Below, piece after piece: positions 9,053 through 19,903 of a stretch of DNA of 64,000 nucleotides (within the stretch, counting starts at the first letter, position 1; each line of letters begins with the position of its first letter). Source of the stretch: Thermoplasmatota archaeon. GTDB taxonomy: Archaea; Thermoplasmatota; E2; JACPAO01; JAHFTW01. Under the pieces are notes generated by a model. The model was given only the letters and a program-made list of their open reading frames with translations. It was not told the DNA's origin and ran no database searches. The position numbers and the translations under genes were made by a program. The stretch is from assembly GCA_041601615.1 (NCBI GenBank), contig JBFIHX010000006.1, forward strand, positions 1 through 64,000, written 5' to 3'.

Positions 9053-10382
9053 CGACGCACGCCAACGCGTCCACATGGGCATCTACGACCTCGAAGGCCC
9101 AGCGCTGCGCCCCAACGGCAGCTTAGTCGCCGCCATCCAAGATGATCCTGCGGCCGTCATGGCAGAACTCAAACCTCGCAGCCCTAGCCAGGGCCGGCTC
9201 CTGCAAGGCAGCCCCGGCGACCTCCTAGCCGCGTACAAAGAAGGAGGTGCAGCGGCGCTCTCTGTACTCACCGACGCCGACTGGTTCGATGGCTCGCCCG
9301 GCCTCTTGCGCCTCGCCCACACCACCGACTTACCCGTCATGATGAAGGATTTCATCGTGGACGAAGCCCAGCTTCGACTCGCCGCCCACAACGGAGCCTC
9401 CGCGGTGCTGCTCATCGAACGATGCCTCGAACCCCGGCGCCGCGAAACGCTCGTTACCGCCGCCCACGCCCTTGGCCTCGAAGTGCTGCTGGAAGTATGC
9501 CGCAAATCCGATTGGGACACAGCACAGTCCAGCGCAGCAGACTTGTTTGGCGTCAACGCTCGCGACCTCGACACGCTCGAATTGGATGCCCCTGCGAGCC
9601 TAGAACTCGTGCAGACCATCCACGACGCCGGCCGCCCCGTCATCGCCCTCAGTGGCATCACAGACCGCGCAAGCCGACTCCGAGCTAACAAGGCCGGCGC
9701 AAAGGGCGTCCTGGTGGGAACCCACCTGGCAAAATCACCTGATCCCGGCCTCTGGCTCAAAGCCCTGCGCCACCCCTTAGCCAAAGTCTGCGGCATCACG
9801 CGCCAAGCCGACGTGGATCTTGCCGCGGCCGCCGGAGCAGACCTTGTGGGCTTCGTGGTGGGTGCCGAATCCCCCCGCGCCATCGCAGCCCTACGCGCCC
9901 AACAACTCAGCGACCACGCCCACTCCCTCGGACTCCGCACGGTGCTCGTCACTCCGCATGAAGACGCCTGGGAAGTGCGCGAATGGTGCCGCGTCGTGCG
10001 CCCCGACTTCGTACAATTGACGCGACTCCAACCCGACGCCGAGTGGATCCACAGCATCGCTTCAATCCCCACCCGCGTCCTGCACGCGGTCGGCCCCGAT
10101 GAGCCCACGCCGCTCTCCGGCATCGGCCTCGTTCTCGACACGCCAAGCAAGCACGGCAGCGGCGGATCCGGCTTAGCCCACGACTGGGGCGCCTCCGCCC
10201 GACACGTCAGTCAAGGCCGCTTTTCCCTCGTCGCAGGCGGACTTGCAGGCGACAACGCAGCCGAGGCAATCCAAGCCACGGGCGCCTGGGGCGCCGACGC
10301 CAGCAGCCGACTCGAATCCAGTCCCGGATGCAAGGACCCGGAAGCCGTGAAAGCATTCGTTCAAGTGGTGCACGACGCATGA
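9027..10382 (+). CDS. trpCF: Fused indole-3-glycerol-phosphate synthase / phosphoribosylanthranilate isomerase
   Basis: [29 protein letters not shown] then [34 protein letters not shown]. Confidence 0.9.
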   Translation: MGHLAHFLDDARQRVHMGIYDLEGPALRPNGSLVAAIQDDPAAVMAELKPRSPSQGRLLQGSPGDLLAAYKEGGAAALSVLTDADWFDGSPGLLRLAHTTDLPVMMKDFIVDEAQLRLAAHNGASAVLLIERCLEPRRRETLVTAAHALGLEVLLEVCRKSDWDTAQSSAADLFGVNARDLDTLELDAPASLELVQTIHDAGRPVIALSGITDRASRLRANKAGAKGVLVGTHLAKSPDPGLWLKALRHPLAKVCGITRQADVDLAAAAGADLVGFVVGAESPRAIAALRAQQLSDHAHSLGLRTVLVTPHEDAWEVREWCRVVRPDFVQLTRLQPDAEWIHSIASIPTRVLHAVGPDEPTPLSGIGLVLDTPSKHGSGGSGLAHDWGASARHVSQGRFSLVAGGLAGDNAAEAIQATGAWGADASSRLESSPGCKDPEAVKAFVQVVHDA

Positions 10383-11578
10383 CCAGACCAGACGCACAGG
10401 GATACTTTGGCGCCTTCGGCGGCCGCTGGGTCGCCGAGACCTTGATGCCCGTAGTCCAAGAACTGGAATCGGCGTTTCGAACGGCCAAGGACGACTCCGC
10501 GTTCGTCGCGGAACTTGCGGCCTACCACAAGCACTACGGCGGCCGCCAAACGCCCTTGTACCGCTGCGACCGGCTCTCCTCGCACGCGGCGGGCCCTGAG
10601 GGCGGCGCAACAATCTGGCTCAAACGCGAAGATCTCGTGCACGGGGGGGCGCACAAATTCAACAACGTCATGGGACAACTTCTCTTGGCGCGTCGCATGG
10701 GCCGCACCCGGGTCATTGCCGAAACCGGGGCCGGCCAACACGGAGTTGCCACCGCCATGGCCGGCGCGGTGCTCGGCCTTCCCGTCGAAGTGTACATGGG
10801 CGCCAAGGACGTGGAGCGCCAGGCCCTGAACGTGTTTCGCATGAAGTTGTTTGGCGCCCAAGTCCACGCGGTGCCCAGTGGCAACGGCACGCTCAAAGAC
10901 GCCGTCAATGAGGCTCTTCGCGACTGGGCCGGCCACCCGGAGGACACCTACTACTGCGTCGGCTCCGTCGTGGGGCCGCATCCGTATCCTTGGATGGTGC
11001 GCCATTTCAACAGCGTCATCGGCAACGAAATCCGCGCCCAAGCACCTGATCGAATGGGTGCGCTCCCCGACTTGCTTGTGGCCTGCGTGGGCGGCGGCAG
11101 CAACGCGGCAGGAACGTTCGCACCGTTTGCCGCCGACACAGACGTTGCACTGGTGGGCGTAGAAGCGGGCGGCGACGGGATTGAAACCGGCAAGCACGCG
11201 GCCACCCTCACCGCAGGCGAGCCCGGAATCCTGCACGGGGCGCTCAGCTATCTCATCCAGGACAAAGACGGCCAAGTCACCGAGCCCCACAGCATCAGCG
11301 CCGGCCTCGACTATCCCGGTGTCGGCCCCGAACACTCCGCATGGCACGCATCCAATCGCGTCCAGTACACGAGCGTCACGGACAAGGAAGCCCTGGAAGC
11401 AAGCGGCCTCCTTTGTCGCCTAGAAGGCATCCTACCGGCTCTCGAATCAGCCCACGCCGTCGCCCACGCGCTGCGCGTCGCGCCCGACATGCCCGGCAAA
11501 AACATCGTCGTAACCCTCTCGGGCCGCGGCGACAAGGATGTACACACCCTGCAAGCCGCGTTGGAGGGCGAAGCGTGA
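10379..11578 (+). CDS. trpB: Tryptophan synthase beta chain
   Basis: [48 protein letters not shown]. Confidence 0.97.
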   Translation: MTRPDAQGYFGAFGGRWVAETLMPVVQELESAFRTAKDDSAFVAELAAYHKHYGGRQTPLYRCDRLSSHAAGPEGGATIWLKREDLVHGGAHKFNNVMGQLLLARRMGRTRVIAETGAGQHGVATAMAGAVLGLPVEVYMGAKDVERQALNVFRMKLFGAQVHAVPSGNGTLKDAVNEALRDWAGHPEDTYYCVGSVVGPHPYPWMVRHFNSVIGNEIRAQAPDRMGALPDLLVACVGGGSNAAGTFAPFAADTDVALVGVEAGGDGIETGKHAATLTAGEPGILHGALSYLIQDKDGQVTEPHSISAGLDYPGVGPEHSAWHASNRVQYTSVTDKEALEASGLLCRLEGILPALESAHAVAHALRVAPDMPGKNIVVTLSGRGDKDVHTLQAALEGEA

Positions 11579-12384
11579 ACCGTCTCGAAGCAACACTTGC
11601 CCGCTGCAAAAGCGAAGAACGCGGCGCCTTTAGTGCGTATCTTTGCGCCGGGCATCCAGACATGGAAACCTCCGAATCCATGATGGCCGCCGCCATCGAA
11701 GGCGGAGCCGACTGGCTCGAGTTCGGCATTCCCTTCAGCGACCCCGCCGCCGACGGCCCCGTCATCCAAAAAGCAACGGCCGATACCCTCCGGGCAGGCG
11801 CCACGGTCGCAGATTGCCTAGCCGTGGCCGCGAGGCTCCGAGCGAAGTACCCCGATACGCCGCTCGTGGCCATGACCTACGCCAACATAGCCCACCGCAT
11901 GGGCTGGGACGGCTGGGCCCAAGCACTCGCCGAGGCCGGCATCGACGGCTGCATTCTGCCCGATGTGCCCTTGGAAGAATCCGAGCCCGTTCGTGCCGCT
12001 CTGGCTGCCGCCGGCATAGCGTGGGTGCCCCTCGTGACTCCAATGACACCCGCCGACCGCATGAAGGCCATCGCTGCCACCGCCACGGGCTTCCTGTACG
12101 TGGTTGGTTCCGTCGGCATCACTGGTCAATCGGACCCTGGCCCCATGGTGGAGGCGACCGTGCAACGCGCCCGCGCCGCGGGAAACGCGCCCCTCGTGGT
12201 CGGTTTCGGGATTGCGTCTGCGGACGATGTTTGCCGTGTGCTGGCTGCGGGCGCCGATGGAGCCATCGTTGGATCCCATCTGGTTCGAATGGTGGGCCAA
12301 GGATGCACGGCGGGGGAACTCAAGAAGGAAGTTTCGCACCTTAAGCACGGAACGGATCTGCACAAAGCAACGGACCTGAACTAA
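11575..12384 (+). CDS. trpA: Tryptophan synthase alpha chain
   Basis: [29 protein letters not shown]; GTG start overlaps trpB stop. Confidence 0.95.
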   Translation: MNRLEATLARCKSEERGAFSAYLCAGHPDMETSESMMAAAIEGGADWLEFGIPFSDPAADGPVIQKATADTLRAGATVADCLAVAARLRAKYPDTPLVAMTYANIAHRMGWDGWAQALAEAGIDGCILPDVPLEESEPVRAALAAAGIAWVPLVTPMTPADRMKAIAATATGFLYVVGSVGITGQSDPGPMVEATVQRARAAGNAPLVVGFGIASADDVCRVLAAGADGAIVGSHLVRMVGQGCTAGELKKEVSHLKHGTDLHKATDLN

Positions 12385-12572
12385 GTCGTCGACCAAAGGT
12401 CGGCGGCTTTCGGGGGTACTCCGAGGGGGCAGCGCCCCCTAGGTTTGGGATAGCAAGTGGTGCGGATGTTCGCCGCGTGCTGGCTGCGGGCGCCGATGGA
12501 GCCATCGTTGGATCCCATCTGGTTCGAATGGTGGGCCAAGGATGCACGGCGGGGGAACTCAAGAAGGAAGTT
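12238..12572 (+). repeat. Direct duplication of trpA 3' end (96 bp identical: 12238-12333 and 12477-12572)
   Basis: Exact match by eye; second copy reads [57 protein letters not shown]. Confidence 0.95.
12385..12443. repeat. REP-like cluster of short hairpins
   Basis: GTCGTCGACC-AAA-GGTCGGCGGC (with G-U pairs); TCGG-N7-CCGA; AGGGGGC-AGC-GCCCCCT. Confidence 0.5.
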
Positions 12573-12666
12573 ACCCACCTCAAAGCTGGCACGATTGGGC
12601 AAGAAGCCCCATAATTCCACCTAGCTGATAGCGAAGGCCCAAAATCGGCCGGGCACTGGCGAAAGT

Positions 12667-13074
12667 ATGGTGGCTGCGGTCACGGCGCCGACACTCGTGT
12701 TTGACGGTGCATGCGGCATGTGTCGCAATGCCGTAGCGTTTTTGCAAGCCCGCTTGGGTCGGGGGCGGCTCGATTTCCAGCCGTGCCAAGAAGTGGGCGC
12801 GATCTTGGAGGAACTCGGAGAGGCTCCTGATTGCTGCATGGAGGAGGCTTTGCTGCTCGTGCCTCGAAAGAACGGCGGTACCAGTGTGCTGCGCGGGGCG
12901 GCGGCGGTCAATGGAGCGCTGCGCAGTCTACGGGCGGGGCGGGCCGTGGGTTGGCGTGTGCTTGGTGGCCTCTACTTGATTCCAGGCGTCGGTTGGGTCC
13001 AGCGCGTCGCGTACCGCTGGGTGGCACGCAACAGGCACCGGCATGTCTTCCAGTGGCTTGGACGCGCGCGTTAA
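12667..13074 (+). CDS. DCC1-like (DUF393) thiol-disulfide oxidoreductase
   Basis: LVFDGACGMC (DxxCxxC); YRWVARNRHR. Confidence 0.85.
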   Translation: MVAAVTAPTLVFDGACGMCRNAVAFLQARLGRGRLDFQPCQEVGAILEELGEAPDCCMEEALLLVPRKNGGTSVLRGAAAVNGALRSLRAGRAVGWRVLGGLYLIPGVGWVQRVAYRWVARNRHRHVFQWLGRAR

Positions 13075-15800
13075 GACGCTGCGTTGGCCTGTTCTTCGAG
13101 CGCCGCGTGGGCTAGAGCGAGCCGGGCGATGGGCAGGCGGTACGGACTGCAACTGACGTAGTCGAGGCCGGTGCGGTGGCAGAATTTGACACTGTCTGGG
13201 TCGCCGCCGTGTTCGCCGCAAATGCCGACCTTGAGTTCGGGTCGTGTGCTGCGTCCCTTTTCGGTGCCGATCTTTACGAGCTGCCCAACGCCATCAAAGT
13301 CGATGGTTTGGAACGGATCGTGGGGGATGATGCGGTGCTCTTGGTAGAAGCCCAAGAATCCGCCTGCGTCGTCGCGGGAAACGCCCAGCGTCGTTTGGGT
13401 CAAGTCGTTGGTGCCGAAGCTGAAGAATTCGGCATTGACGGCAATCTCGTCGGCGGTGAGTGCTGCGCGTGGCAGTTCGATCATGGTGCCGACGAGGTAG
13501 GCGACTTCGCGCTTCTTTTCGGCAAACACCTTCTTTGCCACGTCGCGCACGATCGCTTCTTGGTGCACGAATTCCGTGGCGTGGCCCACGATGGGAATCA
13601 TGATTTCCGGGTGCACCTCGACGCCGTCAGCTTGGACATTCACGGCGGCTTCCAGGATGGCTCGGGCCTGCATTTCGGTGATCTCGGGGTAGGTGATGCC
13701 GAGGCGGCAGCCACGGTGGCCGAGCATGGGGTTGGATTCGCGCAGGGCGTCGATGCGGGCGCGCACGCGTTCCAGGTCCAAGTTCATAAGGAGGCCGAGT
13801 TGGCGTTGCTCCTTTTCTTCGTGGGGCAGGAACTCATGAAGCGGCGGGTCCAGGAGACGCACAGTGACGGGGCGACCTGCCATGGCGCGGAACAAGCCCT
13901 CGAAGTCGGCGCGTTGAATCGGCAGGAGCTTCTTGAGGGCCTTGCGGCGGTATTCTTCGTTCTTGGACAGGATCATCTCTCGAACATGTTCGATTTTGCC
14001 GGGGCCAAAGAACATGTGTTCGGTGCGACAAAGTCCGATGCCCTCGGCGCCAAGGGCGATGCTGGCGAGTGCTTGGTCGGGTTGGTCGGCGTTGGCACGG
14101 ACCTTGAGGGTGCGCACCTTGTCGGCAAGTTTGAGGAGACGATCGTAGAGTTGGAACGTGGGCGCGTCTGCGGCCGCAAGACTGCCTTCGACGAGCACTT
14201 GCACCACTTCGCTGTCGAGTGCTTCGAGCTTTCCTTGGATCACTTCGCCTGTGAAGCCATCGAGGCTGAGCCAGTCGCCTTCGCGCACGACGCGGTCGCC
14301 GGCGGCGAACGCCTTGGCTTTGGCGTCGATGCGCAATTCGGAGCATCCTGCGACACAGACTTTGCCCATTTGGCGCGCAACGAGTGCAGCGTGGCTGGTC
14401 ATGCCGCCGCGTGCAGTGAGGAATCCTTCACTGGCGTCCATGCCGTGGATGTCTTCGGGGCTGGTTTCGTCTCGCACAAGGATGACGTCTTCGCCTCGGT
14501 TGCGCCATTCGACGGCGTCGTCGGCACTGAACACCACGCGGCCGGCGGCGGCGCCGGGTCCGGCATTGAGGCCTTTGGCAAGTACGCGACCGGCGTCCAT
14601 GGCCGCGACCTTTTCTTTGGGATTGAAAATGGGGCGGAGTAGTTGTTCCAGTTGGGCCGGCTGGACGCGGAGAATTGCCTCGTTTTCGCTGACAAGTCCC
14701 TCGTCGAGCATTTCGAGGGCGATGCGAACGGCTGCGAGGCCGGTGCGCTTGCCACGGCGGGTCTGGAGCATGAACAACTTGCCACCCATCACCGTGAATT
14801 CAAGGTCCTGCATGTCGTGGAAATGACGTTCGAGGGTGCCGGCAATCTCGACGAGTTGGTTGTATGCGTCGGGCAGGATGTCGTGCATGTCCTGGATCGG
14901 GTGCGGCGTTCGGATGCCCGCCACCACGTCCTCACCTTGGGCATTCTGCAAGAATTCGCCGTAAAACACATGCTCGCCCGTGCTGGGGTCGCGGGTGAAA
15001 GCAACGCCCGTGGCACAATCGTCGCCCATGTTGCCGTACACCATCATTTGGATGTTGACGGCGGTGCCGATATCGTCGGCGATTTTGTTGAGGCGGCGAT
15101 AGGTGCGGGCACGGGGGTTTTCCCAGGACTTGAAAACGGCCTCCACGGAAGCCAGGAGTTGCTGCATCGGGTCTTGGGCAAACGGTGCGCCGGTCTCGCT
15201 TTCGATGATTGCCTTGTAGCGTTCGCAAAGTGCGTGCAGGTCGTCCGCGCCGATGTCGGTGTCGCTCGTGACGCCCAGGGCGGCTTTGCAGTCCAGCAGT
15301 GCTTGCTCGAAGAGCGCGTGGCGGATGCCGAGCACCACGTCGCCAAACATGGTGAGGAATCGTCGGTAGGAGTCAAACGCAAAGCGGCGGTTGTCCGTGG
15401 CTTTGGCAAGCGCCTCCACCGTCTTGTCGTTGAGGCCAAGGTTGAGCACGGTGTCCATCATTCCCGGCATGCTCACGGATGCACCGCTGCGAACACTCAC
15501 CAACAAGGGATTCGAGGGGTCGCCGAATTTTGCGCCCGCCTTGGCTTCCAGCGCTTGCATCGCTGCTTCTACGTCCTGTCGCAAGTCGTCGTCGATGCTG
15601 CCGACACGCTCGTAGCGAATGCATTCCTGCGCCGTGATGGTGAAGCCATGCGGCACCGGCAAGCCGATGCGGGCCATTTCGGCAAGATTCGCACCCTTGC
15701 CCCCAAGAACACTCTTCATGCCCGCATCGCCCTCCTCGAAGGCGTACACGCGCTTACCGGTCACGAGGCGAGGCTTGGTCACGGCGTCAGGCGCGGACAC
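13071..15800 (-). CDS. ppdK: Pyruvate, phosphate dikinase (start uncertain)
   Basis: LGGKGANLAEM, SMPGMMDT, GGMTSHAA phospho-His, GLCRTEHMF, SFGTNDLTQ, GICGEHGG. Confidence 0.97.
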   Translation of the reverse strand: MSAPDAVTKPRLVTGKRVYAFEEGDAGMKSVLGGKGANLAEMARIGLPVPHGFTITAQECIRYERVGSIDDDLRQDVEAAMQALEAKAGAKFGDPSNPLLVSVRSGASVSMPGMMDTVLNLGLNDKTVEALAKATDNRRFAFDSYRRFLTMFGDVVLGIRHALFEQALLDCKAALGVTSDTDIGADDLHALCERYKAIIESETGAPFAQDPMQQLLASVEAVFKSWENPRARTYRRLNKIADDIGTAVNIQMMVYGNMGDDCATGVAFTRDPSTGEHVFYGEFLQNAQGEDVVAGIRTPHPIQDMHDILPDAYNQLVEIAGTLERHFHDMQDLEFTVMGGKLFMLQTRRGKRTGLAAVRIALEMLDEGLVSENEAILRVQPAQLEQLLRPIFNPKEKVAAMDAGRVLAKGLNAGPGAAAGRVVFSADDAVEWRNRGEDVILVRDETSPEDIHGMDASEGFLTARGGMTSHAALVARQMGKVCVAGCSELRIDAKAKAFAAGDRVVREGDWLSLDGFTGEVIQGKLEALDSEVVQVLVEGSLAAADAPTFQLYDRLLKLADKVRTLKVRANADQPDQALASIALGAEGIGLCRTEHMFFGPGKIEHVREMILSKNEEYRRKALKKLLPIQRADFEGLFRAMAGRPVTVRLLDPPLHEFLPHEEKEQRQLGLLMNLDLERVRARIDALRESNPMLGHRGCRLGITYPEITEMQARAILEAAVNVQADGVEVHPEIMIPIVGHATEFVHQEAIVRDVAKKVFAEKKREVAYLVGTMIELPRAALTADEIAVNAEFFSFGTNDLTQTTLGVSRDDAGGFLGFYQEHRIIPHDPFQTIDFDGVGQLVKIGTEKGRSTRPELKVGICGEHGGDPDSVKFCHRTGLDYVSCSPYRLPIARLALAHAALEEQANAAS

Positions 15801-15893
15801 GGAGTCGGCCAGCCCCGATGCGAAGAAAAGGGGTTCGCGCCGAGTGGGTGTGTTGGGGAGCACTCCGGGGGGCGGGGGAGAAATCACGGCGGC

Positions 15894-17117
15894 CTATTTG
15901 TCGCGGTTGATGGGGTGCCGCCAGTCCAGGAGTCCTACCCGGTGCAGGTGCACCGTGTCCTGAAGCGCACTGAGCATGGATTGGGCAACGGCTTCGGGAC
16001 GCAGTGGTCCCTTTGCAAAGCGGCGCTGAAGTTTGGGTCGATCAAAGGTACCTTTTGCTTGGAGTCCGGAAAATTCCAGGAGCGCGTCGGCGATTTCTCC
16101 GGGTTCTTCGGGGTCAAACAGCAAGCCATTGACGCCGTCATCGACCATTTCCTTGAGGCCCCCCACGTTGCCGGCAAGCAAGGGAATGCCGTTGTGCACT
16201 GCTTCCAGAGCGAACATGGAGAATCCTTCAAAGGCCGAGGGCAGCACCACTGCGCTGGTTGTGTCCATGATGTGGTGCAGTTCTTCGTCGCTGACGCGAA
16301 CTTGCCACGTTACTTGGTCTTGGAGGCCGAGGTGGTTGGCAAGCTCGATGAGCGCATCGCGCGTGTCTCCTCCCCCTACGACGGTGAGGTGGACGTTGGG
16401 TGCATTGGGTCGATTTTGGAGCCGAGCTATGCCCAGGAGCAATCTGTGGAGGTTTTTTTGCACCAATCCGCTGCGGTCCATGCGGCCAAGGGTGAACAAG
16501 CGCAGGGTGTCGTCGGCGGGGCGCTCGTGGGCCTTGACGACTTTGTGCGCGGGAATGATGTTGGGGACGATGGCGGTGTACTTTGCGGCGCTTGCCAATC
16601 GATCGTGGTGGAGGAATCGCTCCTCTACGAAGGTTCGGTAGGTGCGCGTGGTGGAGTAGAGTGCGGGCAGTTCTTGGATGACTTTGCGCGTGGCGCGGCG
16701 CTTGAGGACGTAGCGCCAAGAGGGCCGAAAGAGGACCCATTCGGTCTCGGAGCAGGCGTGGATGCGGGCCGCCACGGGGACCTTGGACCAGCGTAGAGCT
16801 TTGCGAATCAGGCGCGGGTATTCGACGGTCTCGAACAAGACCACGTCCCAGTCGCCTTTGAGTTGGCGGCGCACTTCGCTGCTTTTCCAGAGGTTGCGCA
16901 GAACCGAGCCCAGAATACCCTTGCGTAGGCGCGGCGGCCGGAACACGGGAACGTCGGCTCCGAGCGGTTCGGGGCCGGCGTGGGGGACCGGGGCGATGAT
17001 GCCGAGGCTGCATTCCTTGGTTTCGAGCAGGGATTGGGCCATGCCGAGGCAGGCATTTGCGTAACCGCCTTCTCGAGGGGCAAAATCGGGTAAAATGTAC
17101 AGGACCCGCAAGCTCAT
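15894..17117 (-). CDS. GT4 glycosyltransferase
   Basis: LPSAFEGFSMFALEA..NVGGLKEMVDDGVNGLLF. Confidence 0.9.
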   Translation of the reverse strand: MSLRVLYILPDFAPREGGYANACLGMAQSLLETKECSLGIIAPVPHAGPEPLGADVPVFRPPRLRKGILGSVLRNLWKSSEVRRQLKGDWDVVLFETVEYPRLIRKALRWSKVPVAARIHACSETEWVLFRPSWRYVLKRRATRKVIQELPALYSTTRTYRTFVEERFLHHDRLASAAKYTAIVPNIIPAHKVVKAHERPADDTLRLFTLGRMDRSGLVQKNLHRLLLGIARLQNRPNAPNVHLTVVGGGDTRDALIELANHLGLQDQVTWQVRVSDEELHHIMDTTSAVVLPSAFEGFSMFALEAVHNGIPLLAGNVGGLKEMVDDGVNGLLFDPEEPGEIADALLEFSGLQAKGTFDRPKLQRRFAKGPLRPEAVAQSMLSALQDTVHLHRVGLLDWRHPINRDK

Positions 17118-18301
17118 GCGGTGCTCTCAAGGCGGCGGCAGCATTCCACCCAGCGGGCCATTTTTTCGGCCATGAACGGAATGAAGGGGTGGTTTACGTA
17201 GGCAGAGACGTCTGCGGCGAGGAGGCCTTGGGCCAGTTCGTCCATGGCTCCGGCGTAGTCGGTGGCGGTGAGTGGGATTGCGTCGAGCATTTCCCAGAAG
17301 TGCTCGTTCAATTCCAGGCCGGCGGCTTCCGCGAGAAGATCCTTGAAGGAGCTGCGGGGCGCCTTGTTGTGGATGCACAAAGGGGCGCCGTTGAGGATGT
17401 TGTGGCTGAGGTGGTCCGCGATGCGCTTCAGGATGACGCCGCTCCAAATGTCGTCGAATCGGCCGACGCGCCATTCGTTGTCATCCATGGGCAATTGGTA
17501 GAACCCGGGGATGACTTCGCGGCGGAACGCGAGGTTCATGGAGCAAACGGTGAGGTAGTCGCCTTTGGCGACGGCGAATTGGGGTCCAAAGTCGCTTTCT
17601 TGCAGGCGCGTGCGGGATTGTCCGAGGATGTCTCCTTCGGCGAGGATGCGCACGGCATCGAAGTCGGGCACGTTGGTCCAGAGGCCCTGGGAGCACACCA
17701 CATGGCCGGCGGGGGCCATGCGGCTCTCCTGGGTTTCGTCCATGCAGCCGTAAGGGTAGCCGCGGGGGTAGATGCGCTTGCCCGAGTCCGAGAGCACGTT
17801 GACCCATTTGGAGGAAGAACTGCGTGTCTCCACGTCGCCTTCGGCGTGCAGATTTTGCATGTGCAAGCCCCAGTAGTCGTGGCCTTCTTCCGGTAGGGTG
17901 TCGTCGTCGATGAAGACTCCGTAGTCGAAGTCTGGATTGTCCAGCATGTACAGGAGGCCAAAAGAGGTCTCTGCGTGGGAGCGTGCAGGAATCAAGTCGG
18001 CAAATGCCTCGAGGCCGCGTTCTTGGAACCAAGCCTTACGGGCAGTGCCGTGGAAGACGGCGCCAGGGACTCCTTCCTTGGCAAGGAGTGCTTCCATGCC
18101 GGCGATGTCGCAGAAGTCTTCGGTAACAAACAACACATGCAGTCGGCCCACGTCGAAGCCGTGCTTGCGTCCATTCTCGAGGTAGGCCGAGAGAATCTGG
18201 TACTCGCGGATGGTCGGTATGATGACGCAGACGTCCTGCACGAATTGGCCCACTCTTGCTTCTTGAAAAGGGTGCCGAACTCTGGAATTCGAGTCGGCCA
18301 T
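17114..18301 (-). CDS. RGP/UDP-arabinopyranose-mutase-like (GT75, 'alpha-1,4-glucan-protein synthase') protein
   Basis: VIIPTIR, FIDDD, YPRGYPY, SQGLWTNVPDFDA, CSMNLAFRRE, GRFDDIWSG; ATG overlaps flippase stop (TGATG). Confidence 0.8.
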   Translation of the reverse strand: MADSNSRVRHPFQEARVGQFVQDVCVIIPTIREYQILSAYLENGRKHGFDVGRLHVLFVTEDFCDIAGMEALLAKEGVPGAVFHGTARKAWFQERGLEAFADLIPARSHAETSFGLLYMLDNPDFDYGVFIDDDTLPEEGHDYWGLHMQNLHAEGDVETRSSSSKWVNVLSDSGKRIYPRGYPYGCMDETQESRMAPAGHVVCSQGLWTNVPDFDAVRILAEGDILGQSRTRLQESDFGPQFAVAKGDYLTVCSMNLAFRREVIPGFYQLPMDDNEWRVGRFDDIWSGVILKRIADHLSHNILNGAPLCIHNKAPRSSFKDLLAEAAGLELNEHFWEMLDAIPLTATDYAGAMDELAQGLLAADVSAYVNHPFIPFMAEKMARWVECCRRLESTA

Positions 18302-19731
18302 CAGGTTCGTTGGCGGCGAGCGTAGAGCGCGACCCCAGAAAGCAGAACGATGATTTGCACGCCCACCAGCAAAAAGGCGCCAGCAATGTTGGAGATGGGG
18401 CCCCATGCCCATGCGATGGTGCCTGCGATGGCGGTGAGTCCAAGGGGGAGACCCCAGGGGATAGCGAGGGTGCGGGCGTAATTGGCGCGTGCCGCATACA
18501 GGATCCCAATCACTAGGGATGCGCTGACGGCGACGAGGGTGGCAATGGCGGCGCCCATCATGCCGTATCGTGGAATCAAGAGGAGGTTGAGCACCAGATT
18601 CAGCAGCAAGGCGGCACTGGCTTCCTTGAGAATGAAGTATGTTGCGCGGTGTGCCTGGTGGGCAGCATCCACGTGGAATGCCCGCACGGCACCCAGAGCG
18701 GCGGCGAGGACGACCCATGGTGCGATGGCGGTGGCTGCTTGGTAGGGTGCACCCAAGAACACGAGCGTCAGGTCGGTGCCTCTGAAGATGAGCACGGCGG
18801 AAACCGGGGCGAGGACTGCCAGCAATACCATGCCGTTGAGCCGGAACAAGGACGCACCTGAGCCCGAATCGTCTTGGTCGATGCTTCGTAGGATGATGGG
18901 AAACAAGCCGACGCTGACAATCATGGCGATTGCAGTCACGGGTTGCTGCACTAGATCGTAGACAGCAGCATAGGAGCCGGCGGCGGTGGCGGAGTCCAGC
19001 CAGTGCAGGAGGATGCGGTCCGTCAATTCCAGCGAGGAGAACGCAAAGAGGGACAAGCCAAGGGGCACTCCATATCGAACTGCGGCGCTCCAGCCGCCTT
19101 GCAGTCCCGGACGAACCACGCGCAAGAGCCCAGGCAATAGAAGAAGCGCTACGAATGCTTCCACGCCGGCAACCGCTCCAAGGATGGTCGCCGGGTGTGC
19201 GGGGGACGATGCAGCCATGGCAAGAATTCCCGCCGCCCGCACCATGACACCCGTGATGTAGTGTCGATTCCAGGCGCCGCCGCGCACGATTTCGAGGGTC
19301 ACTTCGGAAGTGACGGTAGCCCCTAGCAGCACCAATGCCAAGGCGGCGAGCGGGAACCCGGCAACCCAACTGACTGCTGCGGCGCCAAGTATGAGGCCGG
19401 AGGCAAGCAAGGAAAGTCCAAGGGCAAGTCGGACCACGGGGGTTCCTGGCTTGATCAAGGATGTTGATTCGCGCAGTCCCGCCATGCGCAGCCACGAGTA
19501 CCCAATGCCTCGGGCAAGAACCACTACGGCAACGATGGTTGCATAGGTTCCAAATTCAGCCGGACCCATCCGGCGCGCCAACAGAAGAAGCGTGAGCATC
19601 CCCAAGATTGCTGCACTGGCGCGTGCGGCACCCACACCCATCATCGCCCGGGGGGCCTGGGCGACAAAAGTGCCCTCCTCAGGGCCGGGCGCTTCATCCA
19701 TCGCGCTTGGACATGGCGCCGGGTCATTCAT
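18301..19731 (-). CDS. Wzx-like oligosaccharide flippase (MOP family)
   Basis: LARRMGPAEFGTYA; DRILL..L.S..AGSYAA; NLVLNLLLIPRYGMMGAAIAT; many TM segments. Confidence 0.9.
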   Translation of the reverse strand: MNDPAPCPSAMDEAPGPEEGTFVAQAPRAMMGVGAARASAAILGMLTLLLLARRMGPAEFGTYATIVAVVVLARGIGYSWLRMAGLRESTSLIKPGTPVVRLALGLSLLASGLILGAAAVSWVAGFPLAALALVLLGATVTSEVTLEIVRGGAWNRHYITGVMVRAAGILAMAASSPAHPATILGAVAGVEAFVALLLLPGLLRVVRPGLQGGWSAAVRYGVPLGLSLFAFSSLELTDRILLHWLDSATAAGSYAAVYDLVQQPVTAIAMIVSVGLFPIILRSIDQDDSGSGASLFRLNGMVLLAVLAPVSAVLIFRGTDLTLVFLGAPYQAATAIAPWVVLAAALGAVRAFHVDAAHQAHRATYFILKEASAALLLNLVLNLLLIPRYGMMGAAIATLVAVSASLVIGILYAARANYARTLAIPWGLPLGLTAIAGTIAWAWGPISNIAGAFLLVGVQIIVLLSGVALYARRQRT

Positions 19732-19903
19732 GAAACCGCCGCAATCCAAGGGAGCGGCAAAGCCCGGCAGCGTTTGCGAGGAAAGCGGCGGCGTTGCCCC
19801 GACTTTGCCCCGAGGACAGTCCCCGTCCAGCAGGTGCCATCCCCTGATCCAATGGCACCGGCCGGCCCCACTCTAGCCACACCACGAGCCGCCCAGGCTG
19901 CAA

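Noticed and set aside
12238-12572. trpA duplication as a DGR template/variable repeat pair
   Set aside because: Differences are not adenine-specific, the core is identical, and no reverse transcriptase is nearby
13176-16796. Long plus-strand ORFs (488 aa, 717 aa)
   Set aside because: Antisense shadows of ppdK and GT4, expected in high-GC DNA
18302-19495. N-terminal ~400 aa of the 793-aa ORF 17114..19495
   Set aside because: Arg-rich out-of-frame overlap with the flippase; the real protein starts near 18301
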